Assembly: GCA_965368975.1 (NCBI GenBank)
Contig: CBDUPA010000002.1
Location: 352,001 to 416,000, forward strand
Reading direction: 5' to 3'
DNA from: an uncultured bacterium
GTDB lineage: Bacteria; Acidobacteriota; Thermoanaerobaculia; Multivoradales; JAHZIX01
DNA length: 64,000 bases
Shown: piece after piece, positions 35,955 to 46,100 of the stretch
How positions within the stretch are numbered: position 1 is the first letter of the stretch
Layout of the letters: each line of letters begins with the position of its first letter
The notes under the pieces: generated by a model
Told to the model about the DNA's origin: nothing
Databases searched by the model: none
The model's input: only the letters and a program-made list of their open reading frames with translations
Made by a program: the position numbers and the translations under genes

Positions 35955-36061
35955 GCGGACCATCCTATCCGGCCGGGCGCCCAATCGCGACCGTATTTGA
36001 CTTGCTGTTGCAGCGGGGGCTATTCTGGGATTTCCTGAAACGGAAGGAGACACTCATAGCT

Positions 36062-36448
36062 ATGGAACAAACGCAGCAATTGCAAGAGAGCCCCGAAGCT
36101 CAGCCGCCACAGGAATTCATCCCGGTCCACCTGACCCCGAAGGCGGTCAACATGGTGAAAATCACCCGTGAGCAGGAAGGAATCGACCCTACCTTTGGCT
36201 TGCGGATCGCGGTGCGCGGTGGCGGCTGCAGTGGCTTCGAGTACGCTCTCGACTTCGAGGAGGCCAGCCGTGACAACGACTGGGTCTATGAGCAAGAGGA
36301 TCTGAGAGTCATGGTCGACCCCGTGAGCGCGCGCTACCTCGATGGCACCGAGATCGACTACGTGCTCGGCGCCACCGGAGCCGGTTTCAAATTCAACAAT
36401 CCGAAGGCCGTAGGCACCTGCGGCTGCGGTTCGTCATTCAGCATCTGA
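36062..36448 (+). CDS. iscA: A-type Fe-S carrier (HesB/IscA/ErpA)
   Basis: GGGCSGFEY, FKFNNP, CGCGSSF. Confidence 0.93.
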   Translation: MEQTQQLQESPEAQPPQEFIPVHLTPKAVNMVKITREQEGIDPTFGLRIAVRGGGCSGFEYALDFEEASRDNDWVYEQEDLRVMVDPVSARYLDGTEIDYVLGATGAGFKFNNPKAVGTCGCGSSFSI

Positions 36449-36485
36449 TACGTCTCGGCTGACGCCGAGTCACGCAAGCAAAGAA

Positions 36486-36509
36486 AAGGGGACTCCACGG
36501 AGTCCCCTT
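36486..36509. terminator. Bidirectional rho-independent terminator
   Basis: AAGGGGACTCC-AC-GGAGTCCCCTT flanked by A-rich and T-rich tracts. Confidence 0.8.
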
Positions 36510-36550
36510 CTCTGTTTCGTTGGCCAACACCCGACCTGCAGACAACGAGA

Positions 36551-37714
36551 TCAGCGCGGCGGGCCGCTCTCCAACTGCTCGAGCTGGCGCTTCAGTTCTT
36601 CTTCTTCCCGCTTCAGGCGCTCGTACTCGGCCTCTTCCTGCGCGACCTCTGCGTTGTGCTCCGCCACCTCGGCGTTCGTGCGCACACGCTCGGCCGCCGC
36701 TGGATCGCCGGCCCTGATATAGGCCTGCTCCGCATCGCTGTACTTCTTCAGCTTCTCGTAGACGAAAGCGAGCTGCTTCAACACGCGAGTCTGGTTAGCC
36801 TGACTCGGGTTGTTGGCCAGGGAACGCTGCAGTGCGGCTTCAGCTTCAGCGTAGTTGCGGGTCGCAGTGTGTGCCTGGCCGATGTAGAAATGAGGTAGCC
36901 AGTCACTGCCGCGCTTGGCAGCTGCCTGGTCGAAGCTTGAGACGGCACCAGCATAGTCCGTGGAGCCGAGCTGCGCTTCACCGAGCAGCAAGAAATTCTC
37001 ATAGGTGCCGGACAGCTGCGTCAGGCGGGTCGCATTCTCGACCGCCTTCCGGTACGTTGCGACCTTGCTGTCGCCTCGGCTCTGGCGCCCGATGCGCAAC
37101 AGCGCGTCAACATAGGCCTTCCGCTTGGCTGCATCGTTCGGATCGAGCTGCACAGCACGCCCCAGGGCCCGCTCCGCTTCGTTCATCTGGCCCGCGTTGA
37201 AGGCTGCGGCACCGTAGTTGAAGTGCGCCGCTGCACTGCTTGGATTGGCAGCCGCAGCTTGCTTGAGCGATACCAACGCACGATCGCCCTGGCCACTCTT
37301 GTCCAGCGCCACCGCCATCAGTTGGTGGTAGGTACCCTGCAAGCTGGCTGGCAGGCTCGATGGATTGATGCTCCCCAGGACCTCCGCAGCCTCCCGATAC
37401 TTGCGAGCTTTAACGTAAGCCTCACCAAGCTTGAACTTGGTATTTGTGTCGTCCGGATTCAGCTCGTAGGCTTGGCGGAACGCGGCGACAGCGTCACTGT
37501 CCCGCTTGAGCTTCTGCAGCGCCTGACCGAGCATCATGTAGCCACCCGGAAAATCGGGGCTCTGCTCCGTAACCGCTTGAAACTGGCGTGCCGCTTCCGC
37601 CCAGTTTTCACTTTTGAAAGCTGCAACACCTTGCTGCCAATCGGCCTGCGCCGGAATGGTCAGGGTCGCCAGCAGAACTGCCGCGGCGATCGCGGCGCTC
37701 CAATTGCTTCGCAT
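36551..37714 (-). CDS. Secreted tetratricopeptide repeat protein with C-terminal coiled coil
   Basis: Signal peptide; repeated LG..Y..A..A/LNP TPR units; SD AGGAG. Confidence 0.85.
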   Translation of the reverse strand: MRSNWSAAIAAAVLLATLTIPAQADWQQGVAAFKSENWAEAARQFQAVTEQSPDFPGGYMMLGQALQKLKRDSDAVAAFRQAYELNPDDTNTKFKLGEAYVKARKYREAAEVLGSINPSSLPASLQGTYHQLMAVALDKSGQGDRALVSLKQAAAANPSSAAAHFNYGAAAFNAGQMNEAERALGRAVQLDPNDAAKRKAYVDALLRIGRQSRGDSKVATYRKAVENATRLTQLSGTYENFLLLGEAQLGSTDYAGAVSSFDQAAAKRGSDWLPHFYIGQAHTATRNYAEAEAALQRSLANNPSQANQTRVLKQLAFVYEKLKKYSDAEQAYIRAGDPAAAERVRTNAEVAEHNAEVAQEEAEYERLKREEEELKRQLEQLESGPPR

Positions 37715-37787
37715 CACTTGGCTCCTTTGAGAGAAGTCGAGAGGCAACAGATAAGAGAGACTCGGGTCAGCATGGACTGACAACAGA

Positions 37788-38609
37788 TCAGAAGGAGGAC
37801 AGGTACTCGTTGATACCCTCAAGGAACGTCTGAGCCTGATTCGGCCCCAGAGCTCCTGACACCACCTTCTCCGCCGACCGCACCAAATCGAGTAGCGCGT
37901 CCAGCTGACGCCCAGCCTCGACCTCGGCGAGACTCAAGCGGTACTGCTGGTCCAACTCTTCTCGGTCACCCGGACTGGAGAGCAAGGCTTGTGCTTGATC
38001 GCGGATCTTCTCGGCGATCTGCGGCAGCAGCTCGGCCGGTATCCTCTGCAGCTGTTCCCCCGACAAGCCGCTCAAGCTGTCCTTGAGCCCCACGAGTTGT
38101 GAGGTGATCAGACCGAAGAGCAACTTGCAGATCTCGAACGGGCTCTTACCCAGGCCGATGGCGATCTCTTCGATCGACCGCCGCTCGTCCACCTTGCTAA
38201 TCAGGCTCCACTCCTGCGGCGACAACGAGACCGACGTCGTTGCGGAGTGGTTTGTGAACACCGGCACCATGCGAGTGGAAGGTATGCGCTTGGACAGCAC
38301 CTTCCACTCGTCGATGCGGCGTGCCGCTTCCATGAGCAGGTTCGTATTGGAACGCTTCACCGATTTCTCGGTGTTCTCCTCACCCGGCTGGAAGACAAAG
38401 TCACCTTCCTGCCAGATAGCCATTTCGTAGACGGCTTCTTCCCCGGACAGCTTGCCGGTTTCGCCATGCACGATCTGCCCCTGAAGGAGGTAGATCTTCC
38501 CCTCCGAGTCACCATTCTTCAACAGGAACATCCCCGTCTTCCCTGAGACGGAGACGAGTTGAATGATGTCCGGTAGTGGGAGCTCGCTGAGCGACCCCTG
38601 AAACGCCAT
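37788..38609 (-). CDS. DUF4388 (PATAN-like) domain protein
   Basis: FQGSLSELPLPDIIQL..KTG, GDFVF, LLMEAARRIDEW, followed by HTH-like segment. Confidence 0.85.
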   Translation of the reverse strand: MAFQGSLSELPLPDIIQLVSVSGKTGMFLLKNGDSEGKIYLLQGQIVHGETGKLSGEEAVYEMAIWQEGDFVFQPGEENTEKSVKRSNTNLLMEAARRIDEWKVLSKRIPSTRMVPVFTNHSATTSVSLSPQEWSLISKVDERRSIEEIAIGLGKSPFEICKLLFGLITSQLVGLKDSLSGLSGEQLQRIPAELLPQIAEKIRDQAQALLSSPGDREELDQQYRLSLAEVEAGRQLDALLDLVRSAEKVVSGALGPNQAQTFLEGINEYLSSF

Positions 38610-38629
38610 GGATGGACGGTTGACCTAGT

Positions 38630-39355
38630 CTATTGCAACGTGAAGTTGACAGTCAGGTTGTAGTAGACGGAAACAGGCTTGCCATTGAGCGTCGCCGGGC
38701 GGAACTTCCACCCTTTGATCGCGTCGATGGCTGCCTGATCGAGTCCCATCGGGAGACCCTTGAGCACCTTGACGTTCGTGACGTTACCGTCCTTGTCGAT
38801 AATCGCTTCCACGATCACGACACCAGTGATGCGCGCCTTGCGGGCGATCTCTGTGTACTGCGGCGGCGGAGCGTGCAGCTTCTCCGGCGCCTTGACGTCG
38901 CCACCGACGCGAATCGGACCGGAGGGCTCTACTGGTGGCGGACCGTCCGGGATGTCGAACACGATGTCGGTGTCCGGCATATCGATTTCCGGCTCGATCT
39001 CGTCTTCCAGACGAATGGGCTCTGGCTCGTCCGGCGTCGGGTCCGGAATCGGCACCTTCTTGGTACGCGGCTTCGGCAACTCCTGCTGCTGCGGAGGTGG
39101 CGGCGGACGGAAACGTACCTGCTGCACCACGAAAACCTTCGGCTTCTCCTTCTCGAAGTCGTCAGCCTCGGTTTTCTCCGGGAAGTACATGAAGAGCAGC
39201 ACGGCGTGGAAGACAGCCGCGAAGGCAACGCCGATCCAGAAGTTCCGGCGGTCCTGACTTTCCTCTTCGAGGAAGTGTACGAACTCGTTACCTACCTGCT
39301 CTTCCAGGGAGCCCTGGGGGGCCTCACCCGGCTTCGTCTTGTTGTCTTTCGCCAT
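38630..39355 (-). CDS. tonB: Energy transducer TonB
   Basis: Single TM with His, Pro-rich linker, PQYTEIARKARITGVV..WKFRPA TonB_C. Confidence 0.92.
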   Translation of the reverse strand: MAKDNKTKPGEAPQGSLEEQVGNEFVHFLEEESQDRRNFWIGVAFAAVFHAVLLFMYFPEKTEADDFEKEKPKVFVVQQVRFRPPPPPQQQELPKPRTKKVPIPDPTPDEPEPIRLEDEIEPEIDMPDTDIVFDIPDGPPPVEPSGPIRVGGDVKAPEKLHAPPPQYTEIARKARITGVVIVEAIIDKDGNVTNVKVLKGLPMGLDQAAIDAIKGWKFRPATLNGKPVSVYYNLTVNFTLQ

Positions 39356-39415
39356 CTTGACCTCCTGCTCGTCAGACGAGCTTAACCGAAATCCGCGCCA
39401 GCGTCACGGGCGACA

Positions 39416-39850
39416 CTAGAACCAGAAGCGTTCGATTTCGCGCTGGGTGGGAATCGAGACGTTGATCTTGATTTCGTGCTCTTCCTCACCTTGGCGTAAT
39501 GTGTCGAACACCTTGACCATGGCGCCGTACGGAGCATTGCCGTCCGGACGGATGATCACAGGCTTCTTGGGATTGTTCTCGAGCTTCGGCAAGAGGTAAC
39601 CCACGATGTCGCCAGCCTGCATCGGCTTGCCATCAACCAGGATGTTCTCGTAGCCGCGAATCTCGATCAGAACCGCCTCTTCCTTCTCGATCTCGGGCGG
39701 ATTGTCCTCTTCTTCCGGCAGTGCGAAGTCGAGGCCACGGGTCGCCGCGAAGGTCGTGGTGACCATGAAGTAGATGATCAGCAGGAAGGCGATGTCCGCC
39801 ATCGAAGATGTTGGAATCTCGTCGCTGACGTTGCGTTTTGTCACTTTCAT
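39416..39850 (-). CDS. exbD: ExbD/TolR family protein
   Basis: IPTSSMADIAFLLIIYFMV with conserved TM Asp. Confidence 0.9.
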   Translation of the reverse strand: MKVTKRNVSDEIPTSSMADIAFLLIIYFMVTTTFAATRGLDFALPEEEDNPPEIEKEEAVLIEIRGYENILVDGKPMQAGDIVGYLLPKLENNPKKPVIIRPDGNAPYGAMVKVFDTLRQGEEEHEIKINVSIPTQREIERFWF

Positions 39851-39874
39851 TGGGTTCCTCCCGCTGGTTCCGGC

Positions 39875-40303
39875 TCAGCGTGCCTGGATGGTGTCCTGCT
39901 GCGACAGCAGGTAAACCACCCTGACGCGCGCCTGCTTGAGGCTGTCGATCACTTCGTCAACGACCCTGTAGGGTACGCCCTCGTCCGCCTTCAGCACCAC
40001 GGCTCGGTCCGGATAGGTCTGCACCAATCCGCGGCCGAAAGAGAGCACGTCTTCTGACGATGGCACCACGTAGCTCATTTCTTCACCGTCGCTGACTCGG
40101 ATCTGGCCCGCCTCGGTCACCGACACGTAGGCCGACTCACGAGGAATCTCATAGCGCAAATGAGTCTGCGGCAAGGTCACCTGGGTGCGGTCGACCTCGA
40201 CCACGAAGGTGATCATGAAGAAGATGATGAGCAGGAACGCGATGTCTGCCATCGAAGCGGTCGGAATGACCGCCGGCGCTGCCTTTGTGGCATGTAGTTT
40301 CAT
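39875..40303 (-). CDS. exbD: ExbD/TolR family protein
   Basis: IPTASMADIAFLLIIFFMI; LKADEGVPY. Confidence 0.9.
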   Translation of the reverse strand: MKLHATKAAPAVIPTASMADIAFLLIIFFMITFVVEVDRTQVTLPQTHLRYEIPRESAYVSVTEAGQIRVSDGEEMSYVVPSSEDVLSFGRGLVQTYPDRAVVLKADEGVPYRVVDEVIDSLKQARVRVVYLLSQQDTIQAR

Positions 40304-40385
40304 AGCGTGCTATCCCGCCTTCCTTGATTCGTGAAGGGAGTCGGCAACCGGACCGCCCGCAAGCGGCCCGGTGACCTCGCCCCGA

Positions 40386-41081
40386 TCAGCTCTTCTTCCC
40401 AGCATCCGCGGCGCCGGACGTGCTAACAGCCTCGGCAGAGATACCGCTACGCTCCATCTCGGAGAAGGTCTCGAGCAGCATGTTCGTCGCCGTCTCGATT
40501 TCACGCACGAAGCGGTTGATGCGGCTCATGAAGAAGTTGTAGGCAATCTGCACCGGAATCGCCACCGCCAAACCACCAGCGGTGGTGGTCAACGCCTCTT
40601 TGATACCGCTGGCCACCAGACCCGGGTTCGACAGACCGGCCTTCGCCAGGGCGTCGAACGAGCGAATCATGCCGGTAACGGTACCGAGGAAGCCGAGCAA
40701 CGGCGCTACGTTGGCTGTCGTGGCGAGCACGACCAGACCCCGCTCGAGGCGGCCCATCTCGTACAGCGCTGCATTTTCGATGGTCTTCTCTACTTCATCC
40801 TTGGGCTGGCCGTACTTCAGCAGACCAGCCTTCATGATCGAAGCGACCGGGCCCCGGTAGTTCTCGCATACCTTGATGGCTTCCCGCACGGAGCGGTTCA
40901 CGATCAGAGCCTTGCGAATCTTGGCCAGGAACTCGTTGACGTTGATCCGTGCCCGCCAGAGAGCGATGAACCGCTCGATGATGATGGCCAGGGCGATGAT
41001 CGAGAACGCCAGCAGCAGCCACATAATGAAGCCGCCTTGATCCATCAAATCCCAAAACCTGAAGGCCTCTTGGCTGTTCAC
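40386..41081 (-). CDS. exbB: MotA/TolQ/ExbB proton channel
   Basis: APLLGFLGTVTGMI, GIKEALTTTAGGLAVAIP; GTG start with AGGAGGAG SD. Confidence 0.93.
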   Translation of the reverse strand: MNSQEAFRFWDLMDQGGFIMWLLLAFSIIALAIIIERFIALWRARINVNEFLAKIRKALIVNRSVREAIKVCENYRGPVASIMKAGLLKYGQPKDEVEKTIENAALYEMGRLERGLVVLATTANVAPLLGFLGTVTGMIRSFDALAKAGLSNPGLVASGIKEALTTTAGGLAVAIPVQIAYNFFMSRINRFVREIETATNMLLETFSEMERSGISAEAVSTSGAADAGKKS

Positions 41082-41499
41082 GCTACTCCTCCTACGTTGT
41101 GGTTAGATCCACCACGGGTCGTCTGTTTCCTTAGACCAGGGCAAGGCGGATCGAGTTCCCATTCGAGCCTCACAAGATCATCCTTGTCGGCACAGGGTGA
41201 CCGACGCTGAACGCGGCCGCACTCCTATAGATGCTGCAAGACGGTGATCTCGGGACACTGTTTTTTCTGAACGACGCGTTTTTCTGGACGACGTGTCTCT
41301 CGGAACAAGCGAATCCAGATGATTTCACACTCCCCAGAGAGACGCCTCTCGGAAGCGTGGCTGCCCTCTCGGTGACGGCGGTTCGCGGACAAGCTACTGC
41401 TGGCCTGCTACTCCATACTGAGCTAGCGGATGCTAGCACAGGCTGAAAAAACCGGTCAAGGACCAGCCGACAGAGCTTAAACTCCGAACGTTCAGTCAC

Positions 41500-42027
41500 T
41501 TAGAGGACCTTTCGAGATGATCGCCCAGCTTCGCCGAGGCGATCCAGGCGGAGTCTTTGAGCACAGCAGATGGCGACGGCCAAGGCATCGGTGACATCGT
41601 TGCTCGCCTTGGCGGCGAGCGCCGGATCGTGCAGCCCGAGCAGCATGCGAACCATGCGCCCGACCTGCTCCTTGGGGGCGCGGCCGTTGCCGGTCAACGC
41701 CGACTTGATCTCCGCCGGACTGTGCTCGCGAATTTCGATCCCCCGCCCTGCCAGAGTCGCCAACAAAGCGCCGCGTGCCTGCGCCAGAACGATCAGGGAG
41801 CGGCTGCTGCGACCGTGAAAGGCGGTCTCCAGTACCGCAAGCTGCGGGGGGTAGCGCTCTAGCAAGCCCTGCAACTGCTCGACCAGGAGAGCTAGACGTC
41901 CCGGCACTGGCTGCGCCGGAGGACAGGCAAAGCAGCCGTAGTGGACGGCACGCAGGCGCGAGCCCCGCTTCTCGATAACGCCGAAACCCGTGCGTATGCT
42001 GCCGGGATCGAGGCCGAGTATCCACAT
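41500..42027 (-). CDS. ruvC: Holliday junction resolvase RuvC
   Basis: ILGLDPG, LAQARG, TGNGRAPKEQV, DVTDALAVA. Confidence 0.95.
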   Translation of the reverse strand: MWILGLDPGSIRTGFGVIEKRGSRLRAVHYGCFACPPAQPVPGRLALLVEQLQGLLERYPPQLAVLETAFHGRSSRSLIVLAQARGALLATLAGRGIEIREHSPAEIKSALTGNGRAPKEQVGRMVRMLLGLHDPALAAKASNDVTDALAVAICCAQRLRLDRLGEAGRSSRKVL

Positions 42028-42045
42028 GACGGTTGCTAGATCGAA

Positions 42046-42798
42046 TCATTCAGTAGTGCTGGCCAGGACTTCGTCGCTGAACGACTCGCTTGACCACGCG
42101 TGTTGCACGTCATCGTGATCGTCGAGGGCGTCCAGGAAGCGCATCAGCTTGCTGGCCTGATCAGGATCGGTGATTTCGGTGGAGTTCTGGGGCAGCATCG
42201 CTAGCCGCTGCGTCTGTAGTGGAATCTCGCGCTGCTCCAGCTCGTCGCGAATACGGCTGAAGTCTTCCGGGGCGGTGAAGATGGTGTGCTCACCATCTTC
42301 CGACGTGATGTCGTCGGCCTCCAACTCCAGAGCCAGCTCCATGAAGGCCTCTTCATCCATCACGTCGGCGCTGATCACGAAGTAGCCCCTGCGGTCGAAC
42401 ATCCAGGCCACACAACCGCTCTCACCCAAGTTTCCACCGGAACGGGAGAACAGGTTGCGAATCTCGGACACCGTACGATTACGATTGTCGGTCACGGCCT
42501 CCACGAGCACGGCGACCCCTCCGGGACCGTAGCCCTCGAGGATGCACTCCTCGTAGCTTTGGCCTTCCAGTTCGCCGGTACCCTTCTTGATGGCGCGGTC
42601 GATATTGTCGTTCGGCACATTGCTGTTACGCGCATCTTGGATCGCCGCCCGCAAGCGCGGATTGCCTGTCGGATCGCCGCCACCCAGCCGTGCCGCAACC
42701 GTGATCTCCTTCACCAGTTTGGTGAACAATTTGCCGCGCTTGGCGTCTACCGCAGCTTTGCGGTGCTGGATGTTGGCCCATTTACTGTGACCTGCCAT
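42046..42798 (-). CDS. yebC: YebC/PmpR family protein
   Basis: MAGHSKWANIQHRK, EGYGPGG, TDNRNRT. Confidence 0.96.
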   Translation of the reverse strand: MAGHSKWANIQHRKAAVDAKRGKLFTKLVKEITVAARLGGGDPTGNPRLRAAIQDARNSNVPNDNIDRAIKKGTGELEGQSYEECILEGYGPGGVAVLVEAVTDNRNRTVSEIRNLFSRSGGNLGESGCVAWMFDRRGYFVISADVMDEEAFMELALELEADDITSEDGEHTIFTAPEDFSRIRDELEQREIPLQTQRLAMLPQNSTEITDPDQASKLMRFLDALDDHDDVQHAWSSESFSDEVLASTTE

Positions 42799-43110
42799 GG
42801 TCCTTTCTTGCTCCTCGAGTCGGCGAAAATTCGCGTGGCTGCGGGTGGGACCCGGCAACGACGCTGCCGCTGATGCCGAATGCGAGCTGCCCGTATGACA
42901 ACCGCAGTCACTCTGCCTGTATTCCGTATTCGCTTGTCGAATTTTGTCGGGCCTCCTCCGGCCGGCTATCACCACAGTCGCCCGGCAGCGCCCAGAAGGC
43001 GCACCTTACAGTAAGAAGCCAGAAAGTGCCAGGGGTAGTCACGTCCGAGAGGGGGGGCACGCTCCCAGTGGCAGCAAGGCGACTCGAAGCGCCGGCTCTC
43101 GGTTTGACGG

Positions 43111-43127
43111 ATGGCATAGGGAGTGCT
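43111..43127 (+). promoter_or_regulatory. Candidate sigma-54 promoter
   Basis: ATGGCATAGGGAGTGCT, GG-N10-GC spacing, about 40 nt upstream of the kinase ATG. Confidence 0.45.
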
Positions 43128-43165
43128 AGAAAGCTTTTCGCTATAGTAACTATGGAGTCCCGACC

Positions 43166-46100
43166 ATGCCCGCTTTCTTGATTGTCGACCAGGATCCTCG
43201 CTTCGCCAGCGGCCTGCGTAGCGCGCTGGAAGCAGAGGGCTGGCCGGGCAAGACCACGACAGACGCACGAGAGGCGGCGCAGCTCGCCGTAACCGACCGG
43301 CCGCAGCTGCTGCTGGCCAGCGTCGAAGTGGACGGCGCGCGGGTCTTGCTGGAACGTTTTTCGCAGCGCGCCGGCACGGGCTGCTCCTCGATTGCCTTCG
43401 TTCCAGCAGCCCGGGCGGCCGAGGTCAAGGCGGAGCAACTGGGTGCCGACGGCTTGCTGCCGCGCCCCTGTACCCGCGACCAATTCTGGAGCATGATTCG
43501 GCGCGTCCTGTCGGAAGCCCAGCGCAAGGCATCGCAGCAACCGGCTCACACGGACAGCACGAAGTTGACATCTGCCGAGATCTTCGGTGATCTGCTCGAG
43601 GAAGTCGACAGCCAGGATAGCTCCCAGGAGCCCCCACCTCGGGCGTTGCCACGTTCCGCCCCGGTCAAAATACAACTCGGCCAGCAAGGGACCGCGTCAA
43701 CACCAGCCGATGCACCGACAGGAGCAACACCGGCAGCACCCGAACAAGCGAGACCTGCCAGCCCCAACCTCGGCGATGATCTCGAAAGGAAGCTAGAGCA
43801 GACACTGTCGGGCGTGCTGGATCTCGGCGCTCAGAAATCGAGAAGCGCCAAGGCGGCTGCCGCCAGACCGATCGCGGCTCCGACGACACAGGTGCCAGCG
43901 GCACCGGCTCCAGCTCCAAGGGCCCCAGTTCCAAGGGCCCCAGTTCCAAGGGCCCCAGCCGCGCAGGCCCCGCCAGCGCAGGCCGCGGAGGCACCCGTCG
44001 CAACACCCGCAGCCACCCCGACGGCTGCTGAAGAGCCGGCACCGGCGAAGACGGGAACTGCGGCCAAGCCCAGGCGGCGTGACGCCAATGTTGATGACCT
44101 GCTGAACCAGACCCTGTCTGGACTGGTTGACCTCGAGGCCCTCGGACGGTCACGTAAGACTACTGTACATACTGAAGCGAGACCCGCCACGCCCACGGCC
44201 CAGCCGGAACCGCCAGCGGAACCACCGATCCGCACGCAACCGAAGGCGCAGATCGAGCCAATCGTAAGTGTCGAGCCCGAGTTCACCACCATGAAACTGC
44301 CCACGGGACTGGGAGCCCTCGCGGCAGCCGCGGAATCTGAAGCCGAGGCGGCCGCGGCCAGCGCGGTCGAGGTTGGGGCGGGCCAAATCGAGGCGGACCA
44401 AGTCGAGGCGGACCGAGTCGAGGCGGACCGAGTCGAGGCGGGCCAAGTCGAGGCGGACCAAGTCGAGGCGATGGAGGCTGCGCCAACAGAGGCGCCCCCC
44501 GAGGCAGAACCCCCGGGAAGATCCTCGGCACCTATCGAGTCAGCCACCGAGGCCCCCTCCACCAGCGCAGAGCACCCGATGGCCACGGGTCTGGCGAAGG
44601 TGTCAGGCTTGGCGGAAGCGTCGACCGAGAGCAAGGCCGAAGGAGGCGACCTCGAACCCGACCGAAGCGGCGAACCCGACACGGACAGCGCCGCAGGCAC
44701 AGCGCTGCCACACCCGATGTCCCTGGAGCCGCCGGGCTTCGGCTCGGTGCGGCAGGATCGAACCGCCGACACCGAGAGTGCTCTAGAGGCCGCTCTGAAG
44801 GAACAGGCAGAATCCAGAGCTGCCCGGAGCGCTGCTTCGCCCGAGGAAGCCGGATGGTTCGACGAACTGGTCGGTGATGAGTCAGCTATCCCTCGAACCA
44901 CCAAGTCCGACTCACCGCTGGCGGCGGCTGGACGCCGCTTCGGTTCCTATACCCTCGTCGAACGCATCGCCATCGGTGGCATGGCCGAGGTCTGGAAGGC
45001 GCGCATGAGCGGCGCGGCCGGCTTCCAAAAAATCGTCGCAATCAAGAAGATTCTCTCGCACCTGACGGCCAACCTCGAGTTCGAGAAGATGTTCGTCGAC
45101 GAGGCAAAGCTGGCTGCCCAGCTGAACCATCCGAATATCACTCAAATCTACGACCTGGGCCAGGTGCGCGGCGAGTACTACATCGCCATGGAGTACGTCG
45201 ACGGCAAGGATCTGCGCACCATCCTCGACCTGGCGCAGCGTTATGAGTACCCACTCGGCGAAGGCTTGGCGCTGCTCATCGCCTCCCGCCTGGCCAGCGG
45301 CCTCGACCACGCGCATCGACGGCGTGACGAAAATCACCAGGAACTCGGCTTGGTGCACCGGGATGTGTCACCGCAGAACGTGCTCATCGGATACGAGGGC
45401 GACGTCAAGCTCTGCGACTTCGGCATCGTCAAGGCAGTCGCCAAGGCGAGCCAGACTCAGATGGGCGCCCTCAAGGGCAAGCTGCAGTACATGTCCCCCG
45501 AACAGGCCTGGGGCAAGACGGTCGACGCGCGTACAGACCTCTTCTCGGTCGGCGCGCTACTTTTCGAGATGCTGACCGGTCGACGCCTGTTCGCTGGTGA
45601 CAGTGAACTGTCCGTTCTCGAAGCCGTGCGCGAATGCCGCATCGAAGAGCCACGCGCCCTGGTGCCGGAGATCTCACAGGAGGTCAATGGCGTTGTGCTG
45701 CGAGCCTTGGCCAAGGAGCCCGAGGATCGCTTCCAGACGGCAGCAGCGCTGCGACTCGAGCTAGATGAACTGCTCCTGCAGGTCAGCAAGCGACCTGGGC
45801 CTCACGAGCTGTCCTATTACCTCAAGCATCTAACGGCTGTGGCCGAGGGGCGCCAACCACCACCGCTGCTGGCCCACCACGCGGAGATCTCGGTGACCGC
45901 AGCCGGGACCGACTCGGCGTCCGCCGAAGATCCCGTCATCGAACAGCCGCTCGCGGAGGAGGCACCGGCCGAAGCGTCAGCGCCCGAAGCGTCGTCGCCT
46001 CTCGCCGAGACCGATGGATCGGAACCTGAAACCGCCGAAGAGCCCGCCTTCGATCTGCCCTCGTGGGAAGGCGTGGAGGCGCCGGAATTCGACCTGAGCA

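Noticed and set aside
44381-44470. Possible CRISPR array
   Set aside because: 15-bp head-to-tail units with no spacers, in frame inside a CDS, and no cas genes
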